A stretch of DNA of 64,000 bases from an uncultured delta proteobacterium (GCA_963778655.1 CAVZVA010000010.1:832001-896000), one strand, 5' to 3'. Positions 48,938 through 58,506 are shown, numbered from the stretch's first letter. Numbers and translations: made by a program. The notes: a model not told the origin generated them from the letters alone.

Positions 48938-50704
48938 TCAGCGTGCCACGCTCGCGACGACACTGTCGAAGTACACGGTCCAACCCGTGGGCAGGTCGGA
49001 GATGGTCCTCAGCCCGATCGTCAGGCCGGGCGCCGTCGCGCCCGCCACGCCGCCGCCGCAGGCCGTCGTGTTGATGTCGGTGCCGTTGACCACGACCTGG
49101 GCAGGCGACACCGCGGTGAACACGACTGAGTTCCACGCGTTGGGCTGAAGGGCATCCGACAGCGGGCAATCGTAGGTGTAGAAGGCACCGCCGCTCAGCA
49201 CGTAGTGAAGAAACAGGCCGGTGTAGTTGGAGCCGTTCGTAGCCTGGATCGTGCCCTTGTAGGTGTAGGCAAGGCACATCTCGAAGCCGGTGTCCGAGAA
49301 GCACATCAGATCGAAGGATCCGCTGAAGGCGGGCAGGTTGGCCGTCATCAACGACGGATAGACCTGCGCGGAAATCGTGGCACTGGTGGCTGCGTTGGCG
49401 CCGACTGCGCTCCACGTGAGCCTCGCCTCGCTGCCGCTGCTGCTGGTGACCGAGCTGAGAAACGACTCAGGCAGCGAGTTGGCGCGCGCGGTGCTCGCGC
49501 TGATCGCGCCTGAGGTTGCGGTCGTTCGCGCCCAGGTGGCCGCCGCAGGCAACCCGGTCTCGAAGTCGACGCACTGGTAGTCCGAAGCCAAGACGCCACT
49601 CGGGCGTGTCTGTTGTGCGCACCAGGACTTGCATGCGCCCGCAATGCAGCTGTAGCCGGTGCTGCAATCGCCGTCGCCGCAGCAGCTGCCCGCCGGCCAG
49701 CAGGTGACCGAGACGCCGCTGCCGCACTTCACCTGGCCAGCCGCACAGTCGCAGGCATGGCTCGCCGAGCAGATCGCGCCCGATTGGCAATCGTTGGCGC
49801 TGCAGCAATTGCCGTTGACGCAGGTGAGCGAGCTTCCGCTGCCGCACTTCAGCAGGCCGCTGCCGCAATCGCACACGTGTGAGCTCGAGCACAGGGCGCT
49901 CGGTTGACACTCGCTCCCATCGCAGCAGCCGTTTTGCGCGATGCACTCGCCGTTGCACGCCCTGTGGCTGCCGTCGCAGCTGAAGCCGCAGCTGATTCCA
50001 TCGCAGCTCGCCTGCCCGAACTGAGGGGTGGGGCAGGCCGTGCAGCCCTGCGGGCCGCAACCGTTGACGCTGGTGTCGTCGAGGCAGACCCCCGAGCAGT
50101 TGTGCTTGCCACTGGGACACTGGTCGGTGCACGCCATGTCGTTCGAGAGGCAGACCCCTGCGCAGGCTCGGCTCCCACTGGGACAGCTCGGTTGGCATTG
50201 GCCCGATTCGCACGACACATCGCCGCCGGTGGGCGCCGTGCACGGAACGCAAGACTGCCCGCAGCTGTCCGTGGAGGTATCGCTGAGGCAATCGGCGCCG
50301 CACGCGTGCGTGCCGCTCGGACATGGACACGTGCCGCCGGCATCACAGCCGGTTGCGGCAGCCCCACCGGTGCCGCCCGAGCCGCCGCCATCGCCCATGC
50401 CGCCGGCGCCGCTCGTGCCGCTCGTGCCGCCCGCGCCGCTCGTGCCGCCCGCGCCGCCGCCGCCGACAGTTGGCTGCGAGCTGTCGGCTGCACGTGCGTC
50501 CTGCAGATGCGGCGTCCCGCTGTCGGTCGCGCCGGTGGTGGGCAAGCCGGACGCGGCATCGCCGGCATCTGCGCCGGGGCCGGCCGCCGTGCCCCCGTCG
50601 GCGTGCGGTATTGCGGGCTTGAGCGCCGTGCAGGCGGCCAGCGTCGCGAGCGCCAAACACGCGACCCAACACGCGGAGGTGGAGACGGCCGTTCGCATTG
50701 CCAT
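48938..50704 (-). CDS. Cys-rich secreted lipoprotein with a beta-rich C-terminal domain
   Basis: Lipobox LAA-C, Gly/Thr/Ser linker, many Cys repeats (two ~40-aa CC...C.CGSG units), C-terminal DFE...VYFDSV. Confidence 0.8.
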   Translation of the reverse strand: MAMRTAVSTSACWVACLALATLAACTALKPAIPHADGGTAAGPGADAGDAASGLPTTGATDSGTPHLQDARAADSSQPTVGGGGAGGTSGAGGTSGTSGAGGMGDGGGSGGTGGAAATGCDAGGTCPCPSGTHACGADCLSDTSTDSCGQSCVPCTAPTGGDVSCESGQCQPSCPSGSRACAGVCLSNDMACTDQCPSGKHNCSGVCLDDTSVNGCGPQGCTACPTPQFGQASCDGISCGFSCDGSHRACNGECIAQNGCCDGSECQPSALCSSSHVCDCGSGLLKCGSGSSLTCVNGNCCSANDCQSGAICSASHACDCAAGQVKCGSGVSVTCWPAGSCCGDGDCSTGYSCIAGACKSWCAQQTRPSGVLASDYQCVDFETGLPAAATWARTTATSGAISASTARANSLPESFLSSVTSSSGSEARLTWSAVGANAATSATISAQVYPSLMTANLPAFSGSFDLMCFSDTGFEMCLAYTYKGTIQATNGSNYTGLFLHYVLSGGAFYTYDCPLSDALQPNAWNSVVFTAVSPAQVVVNGTDINTTACGGGVAGATAPGLTIGLRTISDLPTGWTVYFDSVVASVAR

Positions 50705-51001
50705 AGGCAGCGAAAGTCCCGTGGGATTGCGGGCGGGTCAAGCCCCAAGGCCGGCCCGTGTCCCGAGATCGCGGCGTCGGGATCGCGCCCAAAACCAGCC
50801 CGGTCCGATCGTGGCGACCCTCGCGGGGGTACCGCAAGCGCGGCCAATCGGGCCAGCGCCGGGCGGGCACGGCTCGACAAATACAACGAGCCCCAGCGGC
50901 GGCAACGCGTCTTTCCGCCACGACGGCTGCGCGCCCCGGGCAGGGCTTGGCTTGCTTGGCTTGCTTGCCGCGCCACGCCGGAAGCCGCGCCCTGCGCGCG
51001 C

Positions 51002-53119
51002 TCACTGGCCGGCCAGCAGCACCACGCCGTTGTGGACGGCGTGGGCCAAGATCCCGGGCCACAGCCCGCCGCCGAGCGCAAACAGCCCGCCAGCCAACAG
51101 GCCCAACACCAGCTGCGGCACGCCGTAAGAGCCGAGATGCGCGAGCGCGAAGGTGGCGGCTCCGAGCGCAAATGCCCAGTGCTTGCGGCCCGCGGGCAGG
51201 TCGGCTTCGATCGCCTTTTGCAGCCAGCCGCGAAAGAAATACTCCTCGATCAGCGGCGCCACCACGGTCAGCGTGAGGAACATGGCGACCCGCTCGCCGG
51301 TGGCGAGCGACGGCGCCTGCTCCTCGACCGATCCGGGCAGAGGCAGCCTGCGCGCCAGCTCGAGCGCGAACAGACCCGAGCCAGCGCCGCCGAGCGCCCC
51401 CAGCGGCCAGCACCACAGCTTGCTGGGCAAGAAGTGCGGGGGCTCGAAGCGGGCGTGGTTGCGCCAGGTGAGCAGCGCCAGCAGCAGCGCTCCGCTGGCG
51501 TAGGTTGCGGCGAACAGGTAGCCCGTCGGCAGACCGAACCCGCTCAGCAGCCCGTACGAGACCGCCTGCGCGGCGAAGAATGCGGTGGCGGCCAGCAACG
51601 CGCGCCACACCGTGGTCTCGCGCTCGACGTCGTCGGCCGGGTCGTCGAGCCAGCGCACGCTCGTGCGCGCGGCCCTGCGCGCCTCCCAGCTCACCGCGAT
51701 GACCGCAATGGAAGCGGTGGTCGCGGTCCACGCGTTCGGGGCTACCACCGTCGCGAACAGCGGCAGCATCAAGATCTGGGTCGAGAGCCCCGACGACTGG
51801 CCGCTGCCCGCGCCCAGCGCGCCCATGGTGCCCACGCTGCTCGACAGAAAGGCGACGCTCACGGCCCCGTCGGCGACCACGTACATCGAGAGCCACGCCA
51901 GCGCCAACCGATAGCCGTGGTCGAAATCGGAACGCCACGCCGACCAGCCCGCGAGCAGCGCCAGAAACCAGAGCACCGGCAAGAGCAGCCTGCGCAGCGC
52001 GCGCACCTTGCCCTCCAGCACCTGGTGCGGCTGCAGCGGCAGCGCGGACAGAAAGGAGCGCGCCAGCAGATCGCGCTGCGCCGCGCGCCCGGCCTGGGAG
52101 ATGGTCTGGAGCGCGCCCAGGTAGATCACGAAACCGCCGGCATAGGGCACGGCCAGCGACCACACCCTCGCCGGCGCGAGCAGCAGGCCCACGAAGGCGG
52201 CCAGCGCCAGCAGGCTGGCCAGCACCAGCAGCACGCGGCCGCCCTCGCGCAGCATCATCACGCGTTCGAGCGAGACGCGATCCTGCCGGCCCTTGTGGGG
52301 CTTGGGCGTTCGGCCGCGCGCCTCGAGCTGATCGAAGCCGAAGTGCTCGGCGGCGCGCAGCAGCCGGTAGGCCAGCGCAGCCAGCAGCCCGCTGGCGCAG
52401 AACCGCAAGAGCAGCGCCGTCGGCGGGCCGAGCCAGCCGCTCGCGAGTCGGGACGCGGCGTGATCGGCTGGGTGCGCGCTCAAGCCGCCGAAAGGAACGA
52501 AGACCGCGAGCAGGCCGGCCAAATTCAGGCATACGCCCAGGTACAGCGCAAAGCGCGCAGCGGAGGCGGGGCCGAGCGCGCGCGTCCAGGCCGCGGCGGT
52601 CTGGCCCGCGACGAAGCACGCGACGAACGCGCTCAGCGCCAGCAGCGCCGGCAACAGCGAGCCGAGGCCAAGCCTGTGGCTCGCCGCGAGCGCGGCGAGC
52701 GGCACGCTCAGCACGCAGGGGATGATGGTGAGCCCGTCGGCGAGCTGCAGCCCCAGGCGCGCCGGCGTCGACAGCGGCAACGCCTCGAGAAAGCTGTCGT
52801 CGCGCATGCCGCGCAGTTGTAGCTTGGAGGCGCCCTTGGTCATGCCCACGCCAAAGCCGACCACCAACACGCCCAACATGTGCCAGTCCAGCGTCGCCGG
52901 GTCGCGCTTGGCGTCGCGGGCGACGCTCTGCCAGGTGAACAGCGCGAGATAGGTTGCGCTCAAGAGTTGGATGATCAGGAAGGTGGGCACGCCCGATAGC
53001 TTGGGCGCTTGCCCGAGCCGCACCGGACGGCGGCGCATGTGGCGCCACCACAGCCCGAGCAGCAGCCGAAGCTGGGCGAGCCCAGCCGCCGCGCGCGCTC
53101 CTCCCGGCGCTGCGCTCAC
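51002..53119 (-). CDS. Putative ABC exporter permease fused to a CPBP (CAAX/Abi) intramembrane protease
   Basis: Many TMs; C-terminal APLIEEYFFRG, FALAH and AHAVHN CPBP motifs; GTGA overlap with the ATPase gene. Confidence 0.8.
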   Translation of the reverse strand: MSAAPGGARAAAGLAQLRLLLGLWWRHMRRRPVRLGQAPKLSGVPTFLIIQLLSATYLALFTWQSVARDAKRDPATLDWHMLGVLVVGFGVGMTKGASKLQLRGMRDDSFLEALPLSTPARLGLQLADGLTIIPCVLSVPLAALAASHRLGLGSLLPALLALSAFVACFVAGQTAAAWTRALGPASAARFALYLGVCLNLAGLLAVFVPFGGLSAHPADHAASRLASGWLGPPTALLLRFCASGLLAALAYRLLRAAEHFGFDQLEARGRTPKPHKGRQDRVSLERVMMLREGGRVLLVLASLLALAAFVGLLLAPARVWSLAVPYAGGFVIYLGALQTISQAGRAAQRDLLARSFLSALPLQPHQVLEGKVRALRRLLLPVLWFLALLAGWSAWRSDFDHGYRLALAWLSMYVVADGAVSVAFLSSSVGTMGALGAGSGQSSGLSTQILMLPLFATVVAPNAWTATTASIAVIAVSWEARRAARTSVRWLDDPADDVERETTVWRALLAATAFFAAQAVSYGLLSGFGLPTGYLFAATYASGALLLALLTWRNHARFEPPHFLPSKLWCWPLGALGGAGSGLFALELARRLPLPGSVEEQAPSLATGERVAMFLTLTVVAPLIEEYFFRGWLQKAIEADLPAGRKHWAFALGAATFALAHLGSYGVPQLVLGLLAGGLFALGGGLWPGILAHAVHNGVVLLAGQ

Positions 53120-53895
53120 GCCCCCACCAGCTTGAGAAAGGCTTCTTCCAGGCTGGCCTCTGGCGCGAGCCCCGCTTGCGCGCGCAGCGCGTCCGCGCTG
53201 CCGGCGCCGATGCTGCGGCCACGATGGATCACCAGCAGGCGGTCGCACATGCGCTCGGCCATATCCAGCAGGTGCGTCGACAGCAACACCGCGGCCCCCG
53301 CGGCCGCTTCGCGCCGCAGCAGCTCGCGCACGCGCAGCGCCGTGGGCGGGTCGAGCCCGTTGGTCGGCTCGTCCAGCAGCAACACGGGCGGCCGGTGCAC
53401 GAGCGCACACAACAGGGCCAGCTTCTTCTTCATGCCCAGCGAGTACGAAGAGGTGAGCGCGCCCAGCTGCGGGGCGAAGTCGAGCAGCGCGACGGTCGCA
53501 TCGAGCGCCGCCCAGGCCGCCCGGGCGTCGAGCTCTCGCACGCCGATCACGAAGTCGAGCGTCTCTTTGCCGGTGAGGAAATCATAGAAGTGCGGCTCAT
53601 CCGGCATGAAGCCGATCTGCTGCTTGACGCGCTGACTGTCGTGCGTGCAGTCGAAGCCGAGGATGCGTGCGCTGCCCTGCGAAGGCCGCAGCAGCCCGAG
53701 CAGCAGCTTGAGCGTGGTGGTCTTGCCGGCGCCGTTGGGGCCCAGCAGGCCGACCACCTCGCCCGCCCGCAGCTCGAGGTCGAGGCCGTTCAGGGCGGTC
53801 ACGCCGGAGAAGCGCTTGCCCAGCGCCGTCACCGAGACGAGCGGCGCCTCCGCGGCCACGTCGGTGCCGGAGGCGGCGTGCGCGAGCGCGTCCAT
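53116..53895 (-). CDS. ABC transporter ATP-binding protein
   Basis: GPNGAGKTT, YSLGMKKK, LLLDEPTNGLDP and STH motifs. Confidence 0.95.
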   Translation of the reverse strand: MDALAHAASGTDVAAEAPLVSVTALGKRFSGVTALNGLDLELRAGEVVGLLGPNGAGKTTTLKLLLGLLRPSQGSARILGFDCTHDSQRVKQQIGFMPDEPHFYDFLTGKETLDFVIGVRELDARAAWAALDATVALLDFAPQLGALTSSYSLGMKKKLALLCALVHRPPVLLLDEPTNGLDPPTALRVRELLRREAAAGAAVLLSTHLLDMAERMCDRLLVIHRGRSIGAGSADALRAQAGLAPEASLEEAFLKLVGA

Positions 53896-53925
53896 CACCG
53901 CAAGGATATCACCGCCACGCCGGGG

Positions 53926-55203
53926 TCAGCCGGCGCGCAGCAGCCGCTCGCGCTCGGGACCCACCGAGACCCAGCGCACGGGCAGCTCGAGCAGCCTCTC
54001 GACGCGGCGTACGTAGGCGCGTGCCTGCGCGGGCAGCTCGCCGAACGAGCGCACGCCCGCGAGCGGGCAATTCCAGCCGGGCAGGCGCTCGTAGATCGGC
54101 TGCGCCCGCTCGAGCAGGCGTGGGGTGGGGAAGGCGCGGCGCGTGTGCCCGTCAATCGTGTAGCCCACGCAGATCGGAATTTCACGCAGATAGCCGAGCA
54201 CGTCGAGACAGGTCAGCGCGACCTCCGTCGCGCCCTGCGCGCGGCAACCGTGGCGAGTGGCCACGGCGTCGAGCCAGCCGACCCTGCGCGGGCGGCCGGT
54301 GGTCGCGCCGTACTCGCCGGCATCGCCGCCGCGCGCGCGCAACGCGCGCGCCGCAGCGCCGTGCAGCTCGCTCACGAAAGGCCCGGCGCCGACCGCCGTG
54401 GTGTAGGCCTTGGTCACCGCGATCACGCGCGCGATCGCCCAGGGGGGAACGCCCGCGCCCACCGCCGCGAAACCCGCGAGCGGCGAGGAAGAGGTCACGA
54501 ACGGATAGCAGCCGTGATCGAGATCGCGCAGCGCGCCGAGCTGGCCTTCGAGCAGGATCTCGTGCTGCGCGCTCAGTGCGCCGGCGAGCAACGCGTCGGT
54601 GTCGCACACGTGGCGCTCGATGCGCGCGAACGCCGCCACCGTGCGCTGCGCGATCACGCCGGGCTCAGGCGCTTGCGCGGCGTAGAGCGCGCCCCACAGC
54701 GGAGCCTTGGGCGCAAGCGCGGCCTCGATGCGCCGGCGCAGCCGGGCCGGCTCGAAACAGTCGTCGAGCAGCACGCCGAGCTTGGCGTGCTTGTCGGCGT
54801 AGAACGGGGCGATGCCCTGTCGGGTCGAGCCGAATGCACGCGCACCGAGCCGCGCCTCCTCGCCGCGCTCGAGCGCGCGGTGGTACTCGAGCACGAGCTG
54901 TGCGCGCGAGGAGATCGCCAGCCGGGGCTCGAGCCCGCGCGCCTGCAGGGCGTCGAGCTCGGCGCACAGCAGCTCGAGGTCGAGCGCCACGCCGGGGCCG
55001 AGCACGTTGAGCGGGCGCGGCCACAGCACGCCCGAGGGCAGCTGGTGCAGCACCAGCTTGCCGTGCGGCCCGCACAGGGTGTGCCCGGCATTGGCGCCGC
55101 CTTGATAGCGCACCACGTAGTCGTGCTCGCCCGCGATCGCGTCGACCACGCGTCCCTTGCCCTCGTCGCCGTAGCTCGCGCCTACCACTGCAGTCGTGCT
55201 CAT
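53926..55203 (-). CDS. purA: Adenylosuccinate synthetase (divergent paralog type)
   Basis: GDEGKG, RYQGGANAGHT, HQLPSG, HGCYPFVTSS and EYGATTGRPRRVGWLD motifs. Confidence 0.92.
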   Translation of the reverse strand: MSTTAVVGASYGDEGKGRVVDAIAGEHDYVVRYQGGANAGHTLCGPHGKLVLHQLPSGVLWPRPLNVLGPGVALDLELLCAELDALQARGLEPRLAISSRAQLVLEYHRALERGEEARLGARAFGSTRQGIAPFYADKHAKLGVLLDDCFEPARLRRRIEAALAPKAPLWGALYAAQAPEPGVIAQRTVAAFARIERHVCDTDALLAGALSAQHEILLEGQLGALRDLDHGCYPFVTSSSPLAGFAAVGAGVPPWAIARVIAVTKAYTTAVGAGPFVSELHGAAARALRARGGDAGEYGATTGRPRRVGWLDAVATRHGCRAQGATEVALTCLDVLGYLREIPICVGYTIDGHTRRAFPTPRLLERAQPIYERLPGWNCPLAGVRSFGELPAQARAYVRRVERLLELPVRWVSVGPERERLLRAG

Positions 55204-55270
55204 GCTCGCCTTCCGCGCCCGGGCGCCCGTACCGAACGCCGCGCGCTCACCGTGGCCGCCGCACGAGCTC

Positions 55271-55320
55271 GCTTCAAATGAATAGTTGTGTCTGATCTCA
55301 TGAATATGAGTTATGAATTG
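55271..55320. promoter_or_regulatory. AT-rich divergent control region, probable LysR binding site
   Basis: AT-rich island (TTCAAATGAA...TCATGAATATGAGTTATGAA) between divergent purA and lysR. Confidence 0.45.
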
Positions 55321-55372
55321 CGAGAGGCCCTTTCCGTATGTGCTGCCGTTTCGACCGACGGAGTCGCCGCAC

Positions 55373-56287
55373 GTGAGCCTGCTTGGCCCGGCGCTGCTCG
55401 GCTTCCTGCGCGTGGCCGAGCTGGGCAGCGTGAGCCGCGCCGCGCGCACGCTGCACCTCAGCCAGCCGGCCGTGAGCAAGCAGGTGCGCGCGCTCGAGCA
55501 GGCGCTTGGCACCGCGCTGCTGGAGCGCAGCGGGCGCGGCGTGCGCCTGACCCCGGCCGGCGTGCTGCTGGCCGACTACGGGCGCCGCAGCGCTGCGCTG
55601 CTCGACGAGGGCCGCGAGGCGCTGTCCGAGCTCGACGCCGAGGACGGCGGGCGCTTGCGCCTGGGCGCGGGCGCGACCACGTGCATCTTCCAGCTTCCGG
55701 CCTGGTTGCGCCGGCTGCGCGCCGAGCGCCCGCGCGTCGATATCACGGTGCGCACGGGCGCCAGCCGCGCGGTCGCGAGCTGGGTGCTCGAGCGCGAGCT
55801 CGAGCTCGGGCTGGTCACCTCGAGCGTCGCACACGCGGAGCTCGAGCTGCGCGTGCTGTTTCGCGAGCCGATCGTGCTGGTCAGCGCACCGGAGCGCGCC
55901 CGGCCGGCCGCGCTCGAGCAGCTGCCGCTGATTCTGTTTCCGGCGACCACCGGCTTTCGCGAGTACCTGGACCGCCAGCTCGGCGCCGAGCGCCTGCGCT
56001 CTCTGGTCAAGATGGAGACCGACAGTGTCGAGGTGATCAAGAGCTTCGTCGCCGGCGATCTGGGCGCTTCGTTCCTGCCGCAAAGCGCGGTCGCTGCAGA
56101 GCTCGCGCGCGGCACGCTGCGGCGTGTCTCGCTGCGCGGGCTGCCGCGGCTGCGCCGCAGCACCGCGCTGATCCGCCGCCGCGACCGCAAGCCCGGGCGC
56201 GTCGCCGCGCGCTTCGTGCAGATCCTGGCGGCGAGCAAGGCCGGGCCGGCGGAGCGGCGCGCGCGCATGACCCGCCGGCGGCGCTGA
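55373..56287 (+). CDS. LysR family transcriptional regulator
   Basis: FLRVAELGSVSRAARTLHLSQPAVSKQVRALE HTH and LTPAG motif; GGAG before GTG 55373. Confidence 0.95.
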   Translation: MSLLGPALLGFLRVAELGSVSRAARTLHLSQPAVSKQVRALEQALGTALLERSGRGVRLTPAGVLLADYGRRSAALLDEGREALSELDAEDGGRLRLGAGATTCIFQLPAWLRRLRAERPRVDITVRTGASRAVASWVLERELELGLVTSSVAHAELELRVLFREPIVLVSAPERARPAALEQLPLILFPATTGFREYLDRQLGAERLRSLVKMETDSVEVIKSFVAGDLGASFLPQSAVAAELARGTLRRVSLRGLPRLRRSTALIRRRDRKPGRVAARFVQILAASKAGPAERRARMTRRRR

Positions 56288-56310
56288 CAGCGCAGGGCGC
56301 AAAGCGTGCG

Positions 56311-57261
56311 ATGACCGAGCAGCAGGCCGTGCCATGGCCGGGCGCGTCGCCGCCCGGTCGCGTGCTAGAAGTCGGGTCATGCCTGCGCTCGGGGTTCGCC
56401 GTGGCCGCTAGCAGGCGCGTCAAGCACGCGCCGGCGTCCAAGCCGGCGCCGCCGACGCTGACGCTGGCGCCGATCGGCGTGGTGCGCAGCCCGTTTACCG
56501 ACAAGCGCAGCGCGCCGCGTCAACCGGCGGCAGGGCGCGGCGTGCAGGGCCGCATCGAGCTCTACCCGCGCGCCGACTACGAGCACGCGCTGTGCGACGT
56601 CGAGCGCTGGTCGCACCTGTGGGTGATCTTCTGGTTTCACCTGAGCACGGGCTTTCGCCCCAAGGTGCTGCCCCCGCGCAGCACGCACAAGCGCGGGCTG
56701 TTTTCCACGCGCTCGCCGAACCGGCCCAATCCGCTCGGGCTCAGCGTTGTCCGTCTGCTGCGGGTGGAGGGTCGCGTGTTGCACGTGTGCGACCTCGACA
56801 TGCTGGACGGCACGCCGGTGCTGGACCTCAAGCCCTACGTCGCCTATACCGACGCGCTGCCCGATGCCGGCAGCGGGTGGCTCGACGCCGCCGCCGGCGC
56901 GCCGGCCGATCCGGGCCCGCGCTATCGCGTGAGCTGGGAGCCGCGTGCCCAGCAGCAGCTGGCCTGGCTGGCGGCGCGCAGCGAGCTGCCGCTGCGCGCG
57001 CTGGTCGAGCAGGCGCTGACGCTGGGGCCGGCGCCGCACCCCTACCGGCGCATCCGCCGCGTCGGCGACCACTTCCGTCTCGCGGTCAAGGATTTCCGCG
57101 TGCGCTTCACGGTGCAGCAAGACGAGGCGCGCGTGCTCGAGATCGCGACCGGCTACAGACCGCAGGTGCTGCGCGATCCCGACGCCGTTGCCAGCGAGAG
57201 CACGCCGCTCGACGTGCACCGCGCGTTCGTGCGCTGCTTCGGCCCGCGCGCCGCGCGCTGA
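56311..57261 (+). CDS. trmO: tRNA (t6A37) N6-methyltransferase TrmO/TsaA
   Basis: PIGVVRSPF..K..APRQP, SHLWVIFWFH, GLFSTRSPNRPNPLGLS and DMLDGTPVLDLKPY motifs. The true start may be further downstream. Confidence 0.9.
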   Translation: MTEQQAVPWPGASPPGRVLEVGSCLRSGFAVAASRRVKHAPASKPAPPTLTLAPIGVVRSPFTDKRSAPRQPAAGRGVQGRIELYPRADYEHALCDVERWSHLWVIFWFHLSTGFRPKVLPPRSTHKRGLFSTRSPNRPNPLGLSVVRLLRVEGRVLHVCDLDMLDGTPVLDLKPYVAYTDALPDAGSGWLDAAAGAPADPGPRYRVSWEPRAQQQLAWLAARSELPLRALVEQALTLGPAPHPYRRIRRVGDHFRLAVKDFRVRFTVQQDEARVLEIATGYRPQVLRDPDAVASESTPLDVHRAFVRCFGPRAAR

Positions 57262-57274
57262 TCGCGCGCGCTAC

Positions 57275-57315
57275 CGAGTAAGTATCCCCCGGCAGAGCCG
57301 GGGGATACTTACTCG
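57275..57315. repeat. Perfect 19-bp-stem palindrome between convergent genes; resembles IS200/IS605-type end hairpins
   Basis: CGAGTAAGTATCCCCCGGC-AGA-GCCGGGGGATACTTACTCG; contains the nitroreductase stop codon. Confidence 0.85.
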
Positions 57316-57971
57316 CGGGGCTCGATCGCCGCCGCGTCGAAGCGGTCGAAGAACAGCTTGTCGTCGACCGGCTTGCGCCGGGGCTGGCCGTAGCGCCCCT
57401 TGGGCCAGCCGATCGGCAGCAATGCGCTGCTGGGAATGCGCTCGGGCAGGCCCAGGTAGTCGTCGATCTCGCGCCCGAACACGCGGTGCACGGTGGTGAG
57501 CGAGGCGCCCAGCCCGACCGCGCGGCAGGCGAGCAGGATGTTCTGGATGCAGGGGAACAGCGCCTGCGTCTGCTCGTGGCCGCGCCGGGTGAAGCCCGCA
57601 ACGAACAGGTGCACGGGCGCCTCGTGCAGGTGCTCGCTGAGGTGCAGCGCGGCCGCCAGGTTCTTGCGCTTGTCGGCCGGGTAGTCGGGCGACTCGGCGG
57701 CCTTGATCGCGGGCGCGATGTAGCCGGCAAAGGCCGCGCGATAGCGCTCCGCCACGAACGCGCGCCGCTCCGCATCGGTGACCGCAATGAAGAACCACGG
57801 CTGCCGGTTGCCACCGCTCGGCGCGAACGTGCCGGCCTCGCACACCTTGCGGATCAGCGCGGGCGGCACCGGGTCGGGCCGCAGCCTTCGGATCGCTCGC
57901 GTCGTGCGCATGCCCTCGAGCAAGGGCACGTCCTCGCCCAGGCTCGCGATTTCGCTCTCGGATAGCTCCAT
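57309..57971 (-). CDS. Nitroreductase family protein
   Basis: TTRAIRRL.PDPVP, APSGGNRQPW.F, IQNILLACRAVGLG and LPIGWP motifs. Confidence 0.92.
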   Translation of the reverse strand: MELSESEIASLGEDVPLLEGMRTTRAIRRLRPDPVPPALIRKVCEAGTFAPSGGNRQPWFFIAVTDAERRAFVAERYRAAFAGYIAPAIKAAESPDYPADKRKNLAAALHLSEHLHEAPVHLFVAGFTRRGHEQTQALFPCIQNILLACRAVGLGASLTTVHRVFGREIDDYLGLPERIPSSALLPIGWPKGRYGQPRRKPVDDKLFFDRFDAAAIEPRE

Positions 57972-58035
57972 CGCGCGGCATGGTAGCGGCGGCGCCGCCG
58001 GCGATCCAGGGTGGGGCGCCGCCTGCTACCCACGC

Positions 58036-58506
58036 TCAATCGAGCAGCGCTTCCACCGCGGCCAGCAGGGCTGCGTCGTAGCCGAGCTGCGCGTTCAGCT
58101 GCTCGAGCGGCAGCCAGACCGCGCCCTCGTTGACGGGGTCGTCGTGGACTGGCTCGGGCGCGGCGCGATCGCCGCGCAGCGTGGCGCGGAAGAAGTGCGT
58201 CGTGCACTCGACCTCGTGCCCCGCCCAGGTGAAGAGATAGCACGCGACCCGTTCGGAGGCGGGCTCGACCCGCACCCGATAGCCGGTCTCCTCCAGCGCC
58301 TCGCGCTCGGCGGCGGCGACCGGCGTTTCAGCCGGCTCGACCCCGCCCCCCGGCACGAACAACCGCGCGACGGCCGTGAGCGGGTCGCGCAGGCGGACGC
58401 ACAGCAGCTCTCCGCCATCGACACACACCACGGAGGCGCGTCGGCGCTTCCTCACCAGGGCTTCTCCCCGCCGGGCATTTTCGCGCGTCTCGGCCTCATC
58501 GGACAC
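58036..58506 (-). CDS. NUDIX hydrolase
   Basis: PGGGVEPAETPVAAAEREALEETG Nudix box. Confidence 0.92.
   Translation of the reverse strand: MSDEAETRENARRGEALVRKRRRASVVCVDGGELLCVRLRDPLTAVARLFVPGGGVEPAETPVAAAEREALEETGYRVRVEPASERVACYLFTWAGHEVECTTHFFRATLRGDRAAPEPVHDDPVNEGAVWLPLEQLNAQLGYDAALLAAVEALLD

Noticed and set aside
50400..50465. 9/18-bp tandem repeats GCCGCTCGTGCCGCCCGC
   Set aside because: They encode the GGTSGAGG linker of the lipoprotein; ordinary low-complexity coding sequence.
50945..50972. GCTTGGCTT periodic repeat downstream of the CPBP gene
   Set aside because: Only about 2.5 units, with no clear partner arm or second copy in the window; too weak to call an element.
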